Positions 1 through 11,190 of a DNA stretch of 64,000 nt are shown here, piece after piece; position 1 is the first letter of the stretch, and each line of letters starts with the position of its first letter. The DNA comes from Octopus sinensis. Its lineage: Eukaryota. Below the pieces are notes generated by a model. The model saw nothing but the letters and a program-made list of their open reading frames with translations. It had not been told where the DNA came from and did no database searches. The DNA lies in assembly GCF_006345805.1 (NCBI RefSeq), contig NW_021831041.1:1-64000 (forward strand). Reading direction: 5' to 3'. The translations under genes and the position numbers were made by a program.

Positions 1-608
1 CGAGAAAGTCGTTTGTCGGAATAAATGACGATACTTTTGGCTTTAAACAGGGAAAAGAAAGAGTCACCGTACTTCTTTGTTGCAATTCTATGGGAGAAAA
101 ACTTGAGCCATTGATTGTTGGAAAATTTAAAAACCCTCGATGTCTCAAAAATTTCAATGTGAAAGATTTTGGAATTTCATACTCATTATCTAAAAATGCA
201 TATTACTCAAATTATCTGATTCAGTTTTTGTGCTTTGAGGATGATGGTGATGAATTCAAACGGTCGATAAACAAAATAAACCTTCGTCAGGTAATCCTGC
301 TAATTTCTAAAAGCTGGGAAAAACTTGATATTTAATTGTTGGAATCAAGTTGAAAAGATTCGTGATTCCGTAATAATTAAAGATAGCATTACAGAAGAAT
401 TAATCAACAATGCCGTAAACGAAACATTGGATGGGGAAAATGACGAATTCGTCGATAATATTTATAACGAAGGTTTAGAAAACGATAACATGGAAACAAG
501 TCTAAGAGAAACGCAAGATTCTCTTGATCAGTTAAAAAAGAAAATTTTTCACATATCTCCTGAAATGCTCAAAGAATTTTACGATTTTCGACTTAATTTT
601 ATGAAAAA
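1..608 (+). mobile_element. Tigger/pogo (CENP-B-like, DDE_1) transposase relic, internally deleted
   Basis: Translates GKRRVTVLLCCNSMGEKLEPLIVGKFKNPRCLKNF, the typical Tigger DDE_1 motif region; broken frames; cut at 608 by a Helitron end. Confidence 0.75.
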
Positions 609-908
609 CTAGCTCGGCAGCTCGCTTCGCTCACCGCGACCTAGCTCCTGCGGAGGGCCTGTTTCATCAAACAACTATAAGTTTATGTAGATGTATAAAA
701 CTACCTGGTTTAATTTAACCCTATTCTATCGCCTGTTGATAAACGATGTTTGTCGTCCGTCCTTCCTTGGCATATATGAATAAATTTTCTCTTCTGCTTA
801 CCCTCGAGCATCCCACATACAGCTGTCCATGTGAAAAGCACTCACTCTCTAAAAATAACCCAACTACCTTTAATGACTGTCCCTGGGCCTTGTTTATTGT
901 CATTGCAC
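609..908 (-). mobile_element. Helitron 3' end with PIF1 helicase C-terminal remnant
   Basis: AMTINKAQGQSLKVVGLFLESECFSHGQLYVGCSRV (PIF1 C-terminal motifs); GC-rich subterminal segment, terminal CTAG at 609-612 followed by T on the minus strand. Confidence 0.9.
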
Positions 909-1337
909 ACTTTTTTTTCATTTTTTGTGGTTTATTTTTTTTATATTTAATTTTTTCATTTTTCCTTTGTAATTTCCTTTTTTTTCTTTTTTTGTTTTTT
1001 ACTGGCGGAAATGGGGCAGGGGGAGATGCGGCAGGCGGAAATGCGGCAGGCAAGAAAGCGACACACAAAAAAGCGACACACAAAAAAGATTTAATTAATT
1101 ACCTTATTAAGCTGACCGTTTTTTCTTCAGCTTCGTTTTTCCTCCTTCGGTTATCTATTTAAAAAATTATTTTTGAATAATAAAAAAGTTTAGGAAAAGA
1201 GGCATACCGAAAATAAATTCTATCTTTACGAAAAACTCAAGTAAATAGTTAATATTTTTACGCAAATTCTTCTGATTGCGCTGTCAATTGGTGGTAAATT
1301 GTGTTAATGGTTGTGCTAATGTGGTTTCAACTATCAA

Positions 1338-2430
1338 AGAAAGTCCTCGACTCACATGATGTGGTTCCCCAAAACCTTCAAGGTAAAAATTAAAAAAATT
1401 ATTTTCTGCGTTTTTGTTTGTTTAAATGAACAACAAGAAAGTCCTCGACTCACATGATGTGGTCCCCCAAAACCTTCAAGCCAAAAAATTAAAAAAAATT
1501 ATTTTCTGCGTTTTTGTTAAAATGAACAACAAGAAAGTCCTCGACTCACATGATGTGGTCCCCCAAAACTTCAAGCTAAAAAATAAAAAAAATATTTTCT
1601 GCGTTTTTGTTAAAATGAACAACAAGAAAGTCCTCGACTCACATGATGTGGTCCCCCAAAACTTCAAGCCAAAAAATTAAAAAAAATTATTTTCTGCGTT
1701 TTTGTTAAAATGAACAACAAGAAAGTCCTCGACTCACATGATGTGGTCCCCCAAAACCTTCAAGCTAAAAAATTAAAAAAATTATTTTCTGCGTTTTTGT
1801 TAAAATGAACAACAAGAAAGTCCTCGACTCACATGATGTGGTCCCCCAAAACCTTCAAGCTAAAAAATTAAAAAAATTATTTTCTGCGTTTTTGTTAAAA
1901 TGACCAACAAGAAAGTCCTCGACTCACATGATGTGGTCCCCCAAAACTTTCAAGCCAAAAAATTAAAAAAATTATTTTCTGCGTTTTTGTTAAAATAAAC
2001 AACAAGAAAGTCCTCGACTCACATGATGTGGTCCCCCAAAACCTTCAAGCCAAAAAATTAAAAAAATTATTTTCTGCGTTTTTGTTAAAATGAACAACAA
2101 GAAAGTCCTCGACTCACATGATGTGGTCCCTCAAAACCTTCAAGCCAAAAATTAAAAAAAATTATTTTCTGCGTTTTTGTTAAAATGAACAACAAGAAAG
2201 TCCTCGACTCACATGATGTGGTCCCTCAAAACCTTCAAGCCAAAAAATTCTAAAAAAATTATTTTCTGCGTTTTTGTTAAATGAACAACAAGAAAGTCCT
2301 CGACTCACATGATGTGGTCCACCAAAACCTTCAAGCCAAAAATTAAAAAAAAATTATTTCTGCGTTTTTGTTAAAATGAACGACAAGAAAGTCCTCGACT
2401 CACATGATGAGGTCCTCCACAACCTTCAAG
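1338..2430 (+). repeat. Tandem array 1 of ~95 bp satellite (~12 copies)
   Basis: Unit GTTAAAATGAACAACAAGAAAGTCCTCGACTCACATGATGTGGTCCCCCAAAACCTTCAAGCCAAAAAATTAAAAAAATTATTTTCTGCGTTTTT; period 93-96 bp. Confidence 0.97.
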
Positions 2431-2935
2431 CCTCGTGAGGCCATTAATTAGCTTAGCTATCTTTTTTCGATGACATAAATTCTTTTTTGTTAAATTTTCG
2501 TTAAAAAAATAAAATAAAAGCTCTAATTGTTATCGACCATGAATAGACTGTGCAATTATCAGATTTTGAAAACCACTAAAAAGGAAAAAGCAAAAATTAT
2601 TAGAGATTTACATAATTGATTCTTTTTAACTGCCGAAACTGACAAATTCGATTATGCTACTGTTTAGATTTCTTAAAAGATAGAGGCAAATAAAATTTAA
2701 ATTAGTCATGTAAATTTCAATTTGCCTATATTTAAATCTCCTTGATTTAACAGGCTTTAATTTTTTTCCTTATAATACTACAAAGATGAAGCTGATTATC
2801 ATTTTCTTTACCGAAACAGACAAGTTCGATTATGCTAAAGTTTCAATTCCTTTAAACATAGAGGCAATTAAGTATAATCGCTTTGATTGGATAATACACT
2901 TTACATAAATTTCACTAAATAAATTTACGTAGAAA
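2431..2935 (+). repeat. ~505 bp Helitron-internal segment duplicated at 5611-6112
   Basis: Near-identical from CCTCGTGAGGCCATT to TTTACGTAGAAA in both copies. Confidence 0.95.
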
Positions 2936-3129
2936 TCTTAATAATAAAATGGTATGGTGTGTGTCTGTCTGTCTGTCTGTGTGTCTGTCTGTGCACACCC
3001 ACATTCAAATTGTTACAAACCAGATCAAATTGTCAAAACCTTCCCTTTTGTAGTTATTCGATAATGAGGCACAATAAAAGGTTGATATCCTCTAAGAACC
3101 TTCCTGTCAAAAAATTTTAATAAGAAAGA

Positions 3130-5610
3130 ATATCCTCGATGATGAGGTCCCCCAAAACCTTCAAGTCAATTTTCTGCGTTTTTGTTAAATGAACAACAAG
3201 AAAGTCCTCGACTCACATGATGTGGTCCCCAAAACCTTCAAGCCAAAAAATTAAAAAAAATTATTTTCTGCGTTTTTGTTAAAATGACAACAAGAAAGTC
3301 CTCGACTCACATGATGTGGTCCCCCAAAACCTTCAAGCCAAAAAATTAAAAAAAATTATTTTCTGCGTTTTTGTTAAAATGAACAACAAGAAAGTCCTCG
3401 ACTCACATGATGTGGTCCCCAAAACCTTCAAGCCAAAAAATTAAAAAAAATTATTTTCTGCGTTTTTGTTAAAATGAACAACAAGAAAGTCCTCGACTCA
3501 CATGATGTGGTCCCCCAAAACCTTCAAGCCAAAAAATTAAAAAAATTATTTTCTGCGTTTTTGTTAAAATGAACAACAAGAAAGTCCTCGACTCACATGA
3601 TGTGGTCCCCCAAAACCTTCAAGCCAAAAATTAAAAAAAATTATTTTCTGCGTTTTTGTTAAAATGAACAACAAGAAAGTCCTCGACTCACATGATGTGG
3701 TCCCCAAAACCTTCAAGCCAAAAAATTAAAAAAAATTATTTTCTGCGTTTTTGTTAAAATGAACAACAAGAAAGTCCTCGACTCACATGATGTGGTCCCC
3801 CAAAACCTTCAAGCCAAAAAATTAAAAAAAATTATTTTCTGCGTTTTGTTAAAATGAACAACAAGAAAGTCCTCGACTCACATGATGTGGTCCCCCAAAA
3901 CCTTCAAGCTAAAAAATTAAAAAAATTATTTTCTGCGTTTTTGTTAAAATGACCAACAAGAAAGTCCTCGACTCACATGATGTGGTCCCCCAAAACCTTC
4001 AAGCCAAAAAATAAAAAAAATTATTTTCTGCGTTTTTGTTAAAATGAACAACAAGAAAGTCCTCGACTCACATGATGTGGTCCCCCAAAACCTTCAAGCT
4101 AAAAAATTAAAAAAATTATTTTCTGCGTTTTTGTTAAAATGAACAACAAGAAAGTCCTCGACTCACATGATGTGGTCCCCCAAAACCTTCAAGCCAAAAA
4201 ATTAAAAATAATTATTTTCTGCGTTTTTGTTAAAATGAACAACAAGAAAGTCCTCGACTCACATGATGTGGTCCCCCAAAACCTTCAAGCTAAAAAATTA
4301 AAAAAATTATTTTCTGCGTTTTTGTTAAAATGAACGACAAGAAAGTCCTCGACTCACATGATGTGGTCCCCCAAAACCTTCAAGCTAAAAATTTAAAAAA
4401 TTATTTCTGCGTTTTTGTAAAATGAACAACAAGAAAGTCCTCGACTCACATGATGTGGTCCCCCAAAACTTTCAAGCCAAAAAATTAAAAAAATTATTTT
4501 CTGCGTTTTTGTTAAAATAAACAACAAGAAAGTCCTCGACTCACATGATGTGGTCCCCCAAACCTTCAAGCCAAAAAATTAAAAAAATTATTTTCTGCGT
4601 TTTTGTAAAATGAACAACAAGAAAGTCCTCGACTCACATGATGTGGTCCCTCAAAACCTTCAAGCCAAAAAATTAAAAAAAATTATTTTCTGCGTTTTTG
4701 TTAAAATGAACAACAAGAAAGTCCTCGACTCACATGATGTGGTCCCTCAAAACCTTCAAGCCAAAAAATTTAAAAAATTATTTTCTGCGTTTTTGTTAAA
4801 ATAAACAACAAGAAAGTCCTCTACTCACATGATGTGGTCCCCCAAAACTTCAAGCCAAAAAATTAAAAAAAATATTTTCTGCGTTTTTGTTAAAATGAAC
4901 AACAAGAAAGTCCTCGACTCACATGATGTGGTCCCCCAAAACCTTCAAGCTAAAAAATTAAAAAAATTATTTTCTGCGTTTTTGTAAAATGAACAGCAAG
5001 AAAGTCCTCGACTCACATGATGTGGTCCCCCAAAACCTTCAAGCTAAAAAATTAAAAAAATTATTTTCTGCGTTTTGTTAAAATGAACAACAAGAAAGTC
5101 CTCGACTCACATGATGTGGTCCCCCAAAACTTTCAAGCCAAAAATTAAAAAAATTATTTTCTGCGTTTTTGTTAAAATAACAACAAGAAAGTCCTCGACT
5201 CACATGATGTGGTCCCCCAAAACCTTCAAGCCAAAAAATTAAAAAAAATTATTTTCTGCGTTTTTGTTAAAATGAACAACAAGAAAGTCCTCGACTCACA
5301 TGATGTGGTCCCTCAAAACCTTCAAGCCAAAAATTAAAAAAAATTATTTTCTGCGTTTTTGTTAAAATGAACAACAGAAAGTCCTCGACTCACATGATGT
5401 GGTCCCTCAAAACCTTCAAGCCAAAAAATTAAAAAAAATTATTTTCTGCGTTTTTGTTAAATGAACAACAAGAAAGTCCTCGACTCACATGATGTGGTCC
5501 CCCAAAACCTTCAAGCCCAAAAATTAAAAAAAATATTTTCTGCGTTTTTGTTAAAATGAACGACAAGAAAGTCCTCGACTCACATGATGAGGTCCTCCAC
5601 AACCTTCAAG
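3130..5610 (+). repeat. Tandem array 2 of ~95 bp satellite (~26 copies)
   Basis: Same unit as array 1, inside the Helitron at 2936-7261. Confidence 0.97.
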
Positions 5611-6329
5611 CCTCGTGAGGCCATTAATTAGCTTAGCTATCTTTTTTCGATGACATAAATTCTTTTTTGTTAAATTTTCGTTAAAAAAATAAAATAAAAG
5701 CTCTAATTGTTATCGACCATGAATAGACTGTGCAATTATCAGATTTTGAAAACCACTAAAAAGGAAAAAGCAAAAATTATTAGAGATTTACATAATTGAT
5801 TCTTTTTAACTGCCGAAACTGACAAATTCGATTATGCTACTGTTTAGATTTCTTAAAAGATAGAGGCAAATAAAATTTAAATTAGTCATGTAAATTCAAT
5901 TTGCCTATATTTAAATCTCCTTGATTTAACAGGCTTTAATTTTTTTCCTTATAATACTACAAAGATGAAGCTGATTATCATTTTCTTTACCGAAACAGAC
6001 AAGTTCGATATGCTAAAGTTTCAATTCCTTAAACATAGAGGCAATTAAGTATAATGGCTTTGATTGGATAATACACTTTACATAAATTTCACTAAATAAA
6101 TTTACGTAGAAAATTTAATATAAATTACTGATTCGCGTTTACAAAATCATAAGAATGTCCTATAAAGAGAGATCTGAGAATGTTAACAAACAAGAGAATA
6201 TGAACCATATAACAAAAAAAGAGAAACGAGGGAAGATGTGCTTAAATGGTGAGGGAACTTAGACAACAGCTGAACAAGGTCAGGACTGCTGTTAGACTCA
6301 ACTACGGGTAATAGAATTATGCATTCTAG

Positions 6330-7127
6330 GTTAATTGTTTGGGATGAATGTACGATGGCTCATAAAGGCGCATTCAAGCAGTTGACCGAACATATAGAGA
6401 TATCAAGAATTGTAGCGACCATTTGTTTGGCGGAGCATTAGTTGTATTGGCAGGTGATTTTAGACAGACGCTGCCAATTATTCAAAGAGGGACGCCTGCG
6501 GATGAATTGAATGCCTGCCTCAAATCGTCATATTTGTGGACACACGTGAAAAAGGTAAGCTTAGATGTAAATGTACATGCACATTTACAAGGCGTTAATA
6601 GCATATTCCCACAAATCCTTCTAGATATTGGAAATGGGGCAATCACTTCAAAAATGCACGACCAGAAAATTAGGCTACCGGAAGAATTATGTATTTTCGT
6701 AGAAACAGCAGAAGAATTATTGAATGCCGTCTATTCCGAACTATCTGAACACTACGTGAATTTCGACTGGCTGCGTGAACGAGCTATATTAGCTCCACTT
6801 AATGATGAGGTACTTAATATAAATTTAGATTTATTAATGAAAATCCCTGGCAGAGAAAGAATATATAAATCGGTCGACGTTATTATGGACCATGAAAGGG
6901 CCTGCGATAGATTTAAGAGACTACAATTTCCGCTGAAGATAAGTTTTGCTATGACAATAAACAAGGCCCAGGGACAGTCTTTAAAGGTAGTAGGCTTATT
7001 TTTAGAGAACGAGTGCTTTTCACATGGCCAGCTGTATGTGGGGTGCTCAAGGGTAGGTAGAAGAGAAATTTATTTATATTTGCCAAGGATGGACAGACTG
7101 CAAACATCGTTTATCCACAGGCCTTAG
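6330..7127 (+). pseudogene. Helitron PIF1-family helicase fragment
   Basis: GDFRQTLP, RAILAPLN, FPLKISFAMTINKAQGQSL and FSHGQLYVGCSRV motifs; internally deleted, no Rep domain seen. Confidence 0.9.
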
Positions 7128-7261
7128 AATAAGGTTATATCAAAGCAGGTCGCATTTATATATCTACATAAATTTATAGTTATTTAAGGAAACTGCGAGC
7201 GTAGCGAGCTGGGCCTCCGCAGGAGCTAGCTCGCAGTGAGCGAAGCGAACTGCTGAGCTAG

Positions 7262-9945
7262 TTCTTAATACGTGAGATTTTTGCCTTGAAGGTTTTAATG
7301 GACCTCATCATGAATGTCGAGGACATTCGAGTTGTTCATTTTAATCAAAATGCAGAAAATAATTTTTTGATTTTTTGGGGGAAAGGTTTTAAGGACTTCA
7401 TCATGTAAGTCGAGGACATTGTAGTTGTTCATTTTAACCAAAATGCAGAAAATTTTTTTTTAATTTTTTTTGGGGGGGAAGGTTTTAAGGACTTCATCAT
7501 GTAAGTTGAGGACATTGTAGTTGTTCATTTTAACCAAAATGCAGAAAATTTTTTTTTAATTTTTTTGGGGGGAAGGTTTTAAGGACTTCATCATGTAAGT
7601 TGAGGACATTGTAGTTGTTCATTTTAACCAAAATGCAGAAAATTTTTTTTAATTTTTTTTGGGGGGGAAGGTTTTAAGGACTTCATCATGTAAGTTGAGG
7701 ACATTGTAGTTGTTCATTTTAACCAAAATGCAGAAAATTTTTTTTTAATTTTTTTGGGGGGGAAGGTTTTAAGGACTTCATCATGTAAGTTGAGGACATT
7801 GTAGTTGTTCATTTTAACCAAAATGCAGAAAATTTTTTTTAATTTTTTTGGGGGGGAAGGTTTTAAGGACTTCATCATGTAAGTTGAGGACATTGTAGTT
7901 GTTCATTTTAACCAAAATGCAGAAAATTTTTTTTTAATTTTTTTTGGGGGGAAGGTTTTAAGGACTTCATCATGTAAGTCGAGGACATTGTAGTTGTTTT
8001 TTTAACCAAAATGCAGAAAATTTTTTTTTAATTTTTTTGGGGGGAAGGTTTTAGGACTTCATCATGTAAGTCGAGGACATTGTAGTTGTTCATTTTAACC
8101 AAAATGCAGAAAATTTTTTTTTAATTTTTTTGGGGGGAAGGTTTTAAGGACTTCATCATGTAAGTCGAGGACATTGTAGTTGTTCATTTTAACCAAAATG
8201 CAGAAATTTTTTTTTTAATTTTTTTGGGGGGAAGGTTTTAAGGACTTCATCATGTAAGTCGAGGACATTGTAGTTGTTTATTTTAACCAAAATGCAGAAA
8301 ATTTTTTTTTAATTTTTTGGGGGGGAAGGTTTTAAGGACTTCATCATGTAAGTCGAGGACATTGTAGTTGTTTATTTTAACCAAAATGCAGAAAATTTTT
8401 TTTTAATTTTTTTGGGGGGGAAGGTTTTAAGGACTTCATCATGTAAGTCGAGGACATTGTAGTTGTTCATTTTAACCAAAATGCAGAAAATTTTTTTTTA
8501 TTTTTTTGGGGGGGAAGGTTTTAAGGACTTCATCATGTAAGTCGAGGACATTGTAGTTGTTCATTTTAACCAAAATGCAGAAAATTTTTTTTAATTTTTT
8601 TTGGGGGGAAGGTTTTAAGGACTTCATCATGTAAGTCGAGGACATTGTAGTTGTTCATTTTAACCAAAATGCAGAAAATTTTTTTTTAATTTTTTTGGGG
8701 GAGAAGGTTTTAAGGACTTCATCATGTAAGTCGAGGACTTGTAGTTGTTCATTTTAACCAAAATGCAGAAAATTTTTTTTTATTTTTTTGGGGGGAAGGT
8801 TTTAAGGACTTCATCATGTAAGTCGAGGACATTGTAGTTGTTCATTTTAACCAAAATGCAGAAAATTTTTTTTAATTTTTTGGGGGGGAAGGTTTTAAGG
8901 ACTTCATCATGTAAGTCGAGGACATTGTAGTTGTTCATTTTAACCAAAATGCAGAAAATTTTTTTTTAATTTTTTGGGGGGGAAGGTTTTAAGGACTTCA
9001 TCATGTAAGTCGAGGACATTGTAGTTGTTCATTTTAACCAAAATGCAGAATTTTTTTTTTAATTTTTTTGGGGGGGAAGGTTTTAAGGACTTCATCATGT
9101 AAGTCGAGGACATTGTAGTTGTTCATTTTAACCAAAATGCAGAAAATTTTTTTTTATTTTTTTGGGGGGGAAGGTTTTAAGGACTTCATCATGTAAGTCG
9201 AGGACATTGTAGTTGTTTTTTTAACCAAAATGCAGAAAATTTTTTTTAATTTTTTTGGGGGGGAAGGTTTTAAGGACTTCATCATGTAAGTCGAGGACAT
9301 TGTAGTTGTTCATTTTACCAAAATGCAGAAAATTTTTTTTTAATTTTTTGGGGGGAAGGTTTTAAGGACTTCATCATGTAAGTCGAGGACATTGTAGTTG
9401 TTTATTTTAACCAAAATGCAGAAAATTTTTTTTTAATTTTTTTGGGGGGAAGGTTTTAAGGACTTCATCATGTAAGTCGAGGACATTGTAGTTGTTCATT
9501 TTAACCAAAATGCAGAAAATTTTTTTTAATTTTTTGGGGGGGAAGGTTTTAAGGACTTCATCATGTAAGTCGAGGACATTGTAGTTGTTTATTTTAACCA
9601 AAATGCAGAAATTTTTTTTTAATTTTTTTGGGGGGGAAGGTTTTAAGGACTTCATCATGTAAGTCGAGGACATTGTAGTTGTTTATTTTAACCAAAATGC
9701 AGAAAATTTTTTTTTAATTTTTTTGGGGGGGAAGGTTTTAAGGACTTCATCATGTAAGTCGAGGACATTGTAGTTGTTCATTTTAACCAAAATGCAGAAA
9801 ATTTTTTTTTAATTTGTTTGGGGGGGAAGGTTTTAAGGACTTCATCATGTAAGTCGAGGACATCGTATTGCCAATTTGAAGTTGGTGTGCACACACAGAC
9901 AGACAGACAGACAGACAGACACACACCATACCATTTTATTATTAA
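7262..9945 (-). mobile_element. 5' portion of a second Helitron-like element (microsatellite plus satellite array)
   Basis: 9880-9945 is the reverse complement of the 2938-3000 terminus (TTAATAATAAAATGGTATGGTGTGTGTCTGTCTGTC), followed by array 3. Confidence 0.75.
7285..9865 (-). repeat. Tandem array 3, ~92 bp diverged subfamily of the same satellite (~28 copies), inverted
   Basis: Reverse complement unit GGTTAAAATGAACAACTACAATGTCCTCGACTTACATGATGAAGTCCTTAAAACCTTCCCCCCAAAAAATTAAAAAAAATTTTCTGCATTTT aligns with arrays 1 and 2. Confidence 0.95.
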
Positions 9946-10659
9946 TTTGCAATTTTTTGCAATTTTTTGTAGTCATTTTACAATTTTTTGCAATTTTTTT
10001 AAATTAAAAAAAAAAATTTTTATTAAAAAATATGTTTGTTGTAATGGGTAAAAGGACAGTGTCACAGAAAATTTCATTTTATGCAAAGAAATTCCCCGAG
10101 TTTGTTATTGACAGTGAAGGGAATTTATTTTGCTCCAATTGCTCAACTGTTGTACGGTGTGACACAAAATTTTTTGTTGATGCGCACCGTTCTTCAAAAA
10201 AACATTTAAAAGCACACAGTATTTCTTTGAATTTAAATTTATAGAATGGACAAATTCATCTCAGAGTTCACAAACATTTCTTTCGGCGATAACGGATACT
10301 CGAAAGGATTGGGGGATCAAAGTAACACAAGCGTTTAATAAGAATCTATCGTATTCTTGAATTCTCAAATAAGAATCTATCGCCAGAAGTTTATTCACAT
10401 CTCAGAAAATGTAGCGCAAGTTCAGCATCTATCGAAAGGGCAATATCTCTTTTGACGAAAATTCTTAGTAAAGAGAGGAACTTTAAACCTGAAAATGTTC
10501 AGGAATATTTGATTTCCTATTACAATAAATAATTTCGTTAATTTTTTGCATAATGTAATGTTTACAATTAAAAAAAATTATTTTTGCAATTTTTTACAAT
10601 TTTTAAAATTCATTTTTGCAATTTTTTTTATTAAAAAGTGCAATTTTTTGGTTGCCCTA
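9946..10659 (+). mobile_element. Internally deleted hAT element of CGGBP1-like type
   Basis: N-terminal zinc finger LFCSNCSTVVRCDTKFFVDAHRSSKKH; C-terminal hAT dimerisation motif SASSASIERAISLL...KERNFKPEN; right terminus GGTTGCCCTA at 10650-10659. Confidence 0.7.
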
Positions 10660-10699
10660 CTGATTATTTTTCTAAAATTGATTTTTGATGTTTAAAAAT

Positions 10700-10778
10700 C
10701 TCTGTTTTTATTAAACCCCTGTTTTTGGGGCACCCCCGCTTTTTGGGGCACTTGGTGCCCCAATTCGGGGTCGGACTG
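10700..10778 (-). mobile_element. Probable pogo/Tc1-mariner terminus with GGGGCAC subterminal repeats
   Basis: Minus strand TA|CAGTCCGACCCCGAATTGGGGCAC, repeated TTTTTGGGGCAC, 9-bp perfect hairpin at 10743-10763. Confidence 0.35.
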
Positions 10779-10904
10779 TACATTGAATAATGAATTTTCT
10801 AAAATATTCATTGTTTCTTTGATGTTATAATTAACAATTTCAGAATTACATCCATCATATAATTGAGAGTCATTTTCAGATCCATAAAATTCTAGTGATT
10901 CAGT

Positions 10905-11190
10905 GACCCGTGTATCCAAGCTCAATGGGATGCCATCTCATGTGAAGCTCTTGACGTACATCTACGCAAAAATTTCGATCAGCACAGACTTGCATGTCTC
11001 CGCGCAGGCTGCTGCACAGGGAGTGGGGCCTGGCTGGATGCTCTCCCTGTCCCTGCCACCGGTAACCTATTAGACAGAATACAAATGACCGGAGGGAGAC
11101 GAGCTGGCTTTTCCAGCGCATCTCGGTTGCAATTCTTCGCGGGAACTGCCTCTCTATCCGCAGTGCTTCGTCGTCGGACTAACCCTCAAG
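10905..11190 (+). mobile_element. CRE-clade non-LTR retroelement fragment
   Basis: QAQWDAISC..DQHRLACLRAG..GAWLDALPVPATGNLLD fused to the 3' QRISVAILRGNC motif. Confidence 0.75.

Larger units (their letters stand above)
2936..7261 (+). mobile_element. Non-autonomous Helitron carrying a (GTCT)n microsatellite, a satellite array and a helicase relic
   Basis: Starts A|TC at 2936, (GTCT)n at ~2962-2992, satellite 3130-5610, helicase relic (IVWDECTMAHK; GGALVVLAGDFRQTLP; ORF 6423-7127), GC-rich subterminal segment and CTAG at 7258-7261 followed by T. Confidence 0.85.

Noticed and set aside
746-1162. 138-aa hydrophobic membrane-protein-like ORF
   Set aside because: Antisense to the helicase remnant plus T-rich low-complexity DNA.
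1338-9865. CRISPR-like arrays
   Set aside because: Units are near-identical along their whole length with no unique spacers, there are no cas genes, and the context is eukaryotic.
1426-10051. ORFs 1426-1680, 1476-1667, 4139-4333, 4610-4804, 9407-9673 and 9818-10051
   Set aside because: Read-through translations of satellite monomers.
10743-10763. Perfect hairpin as a Rho-independent terminator or ncRNA
   Set aside because: Better explained as subterminal repeats of a pogo-like transposon end.
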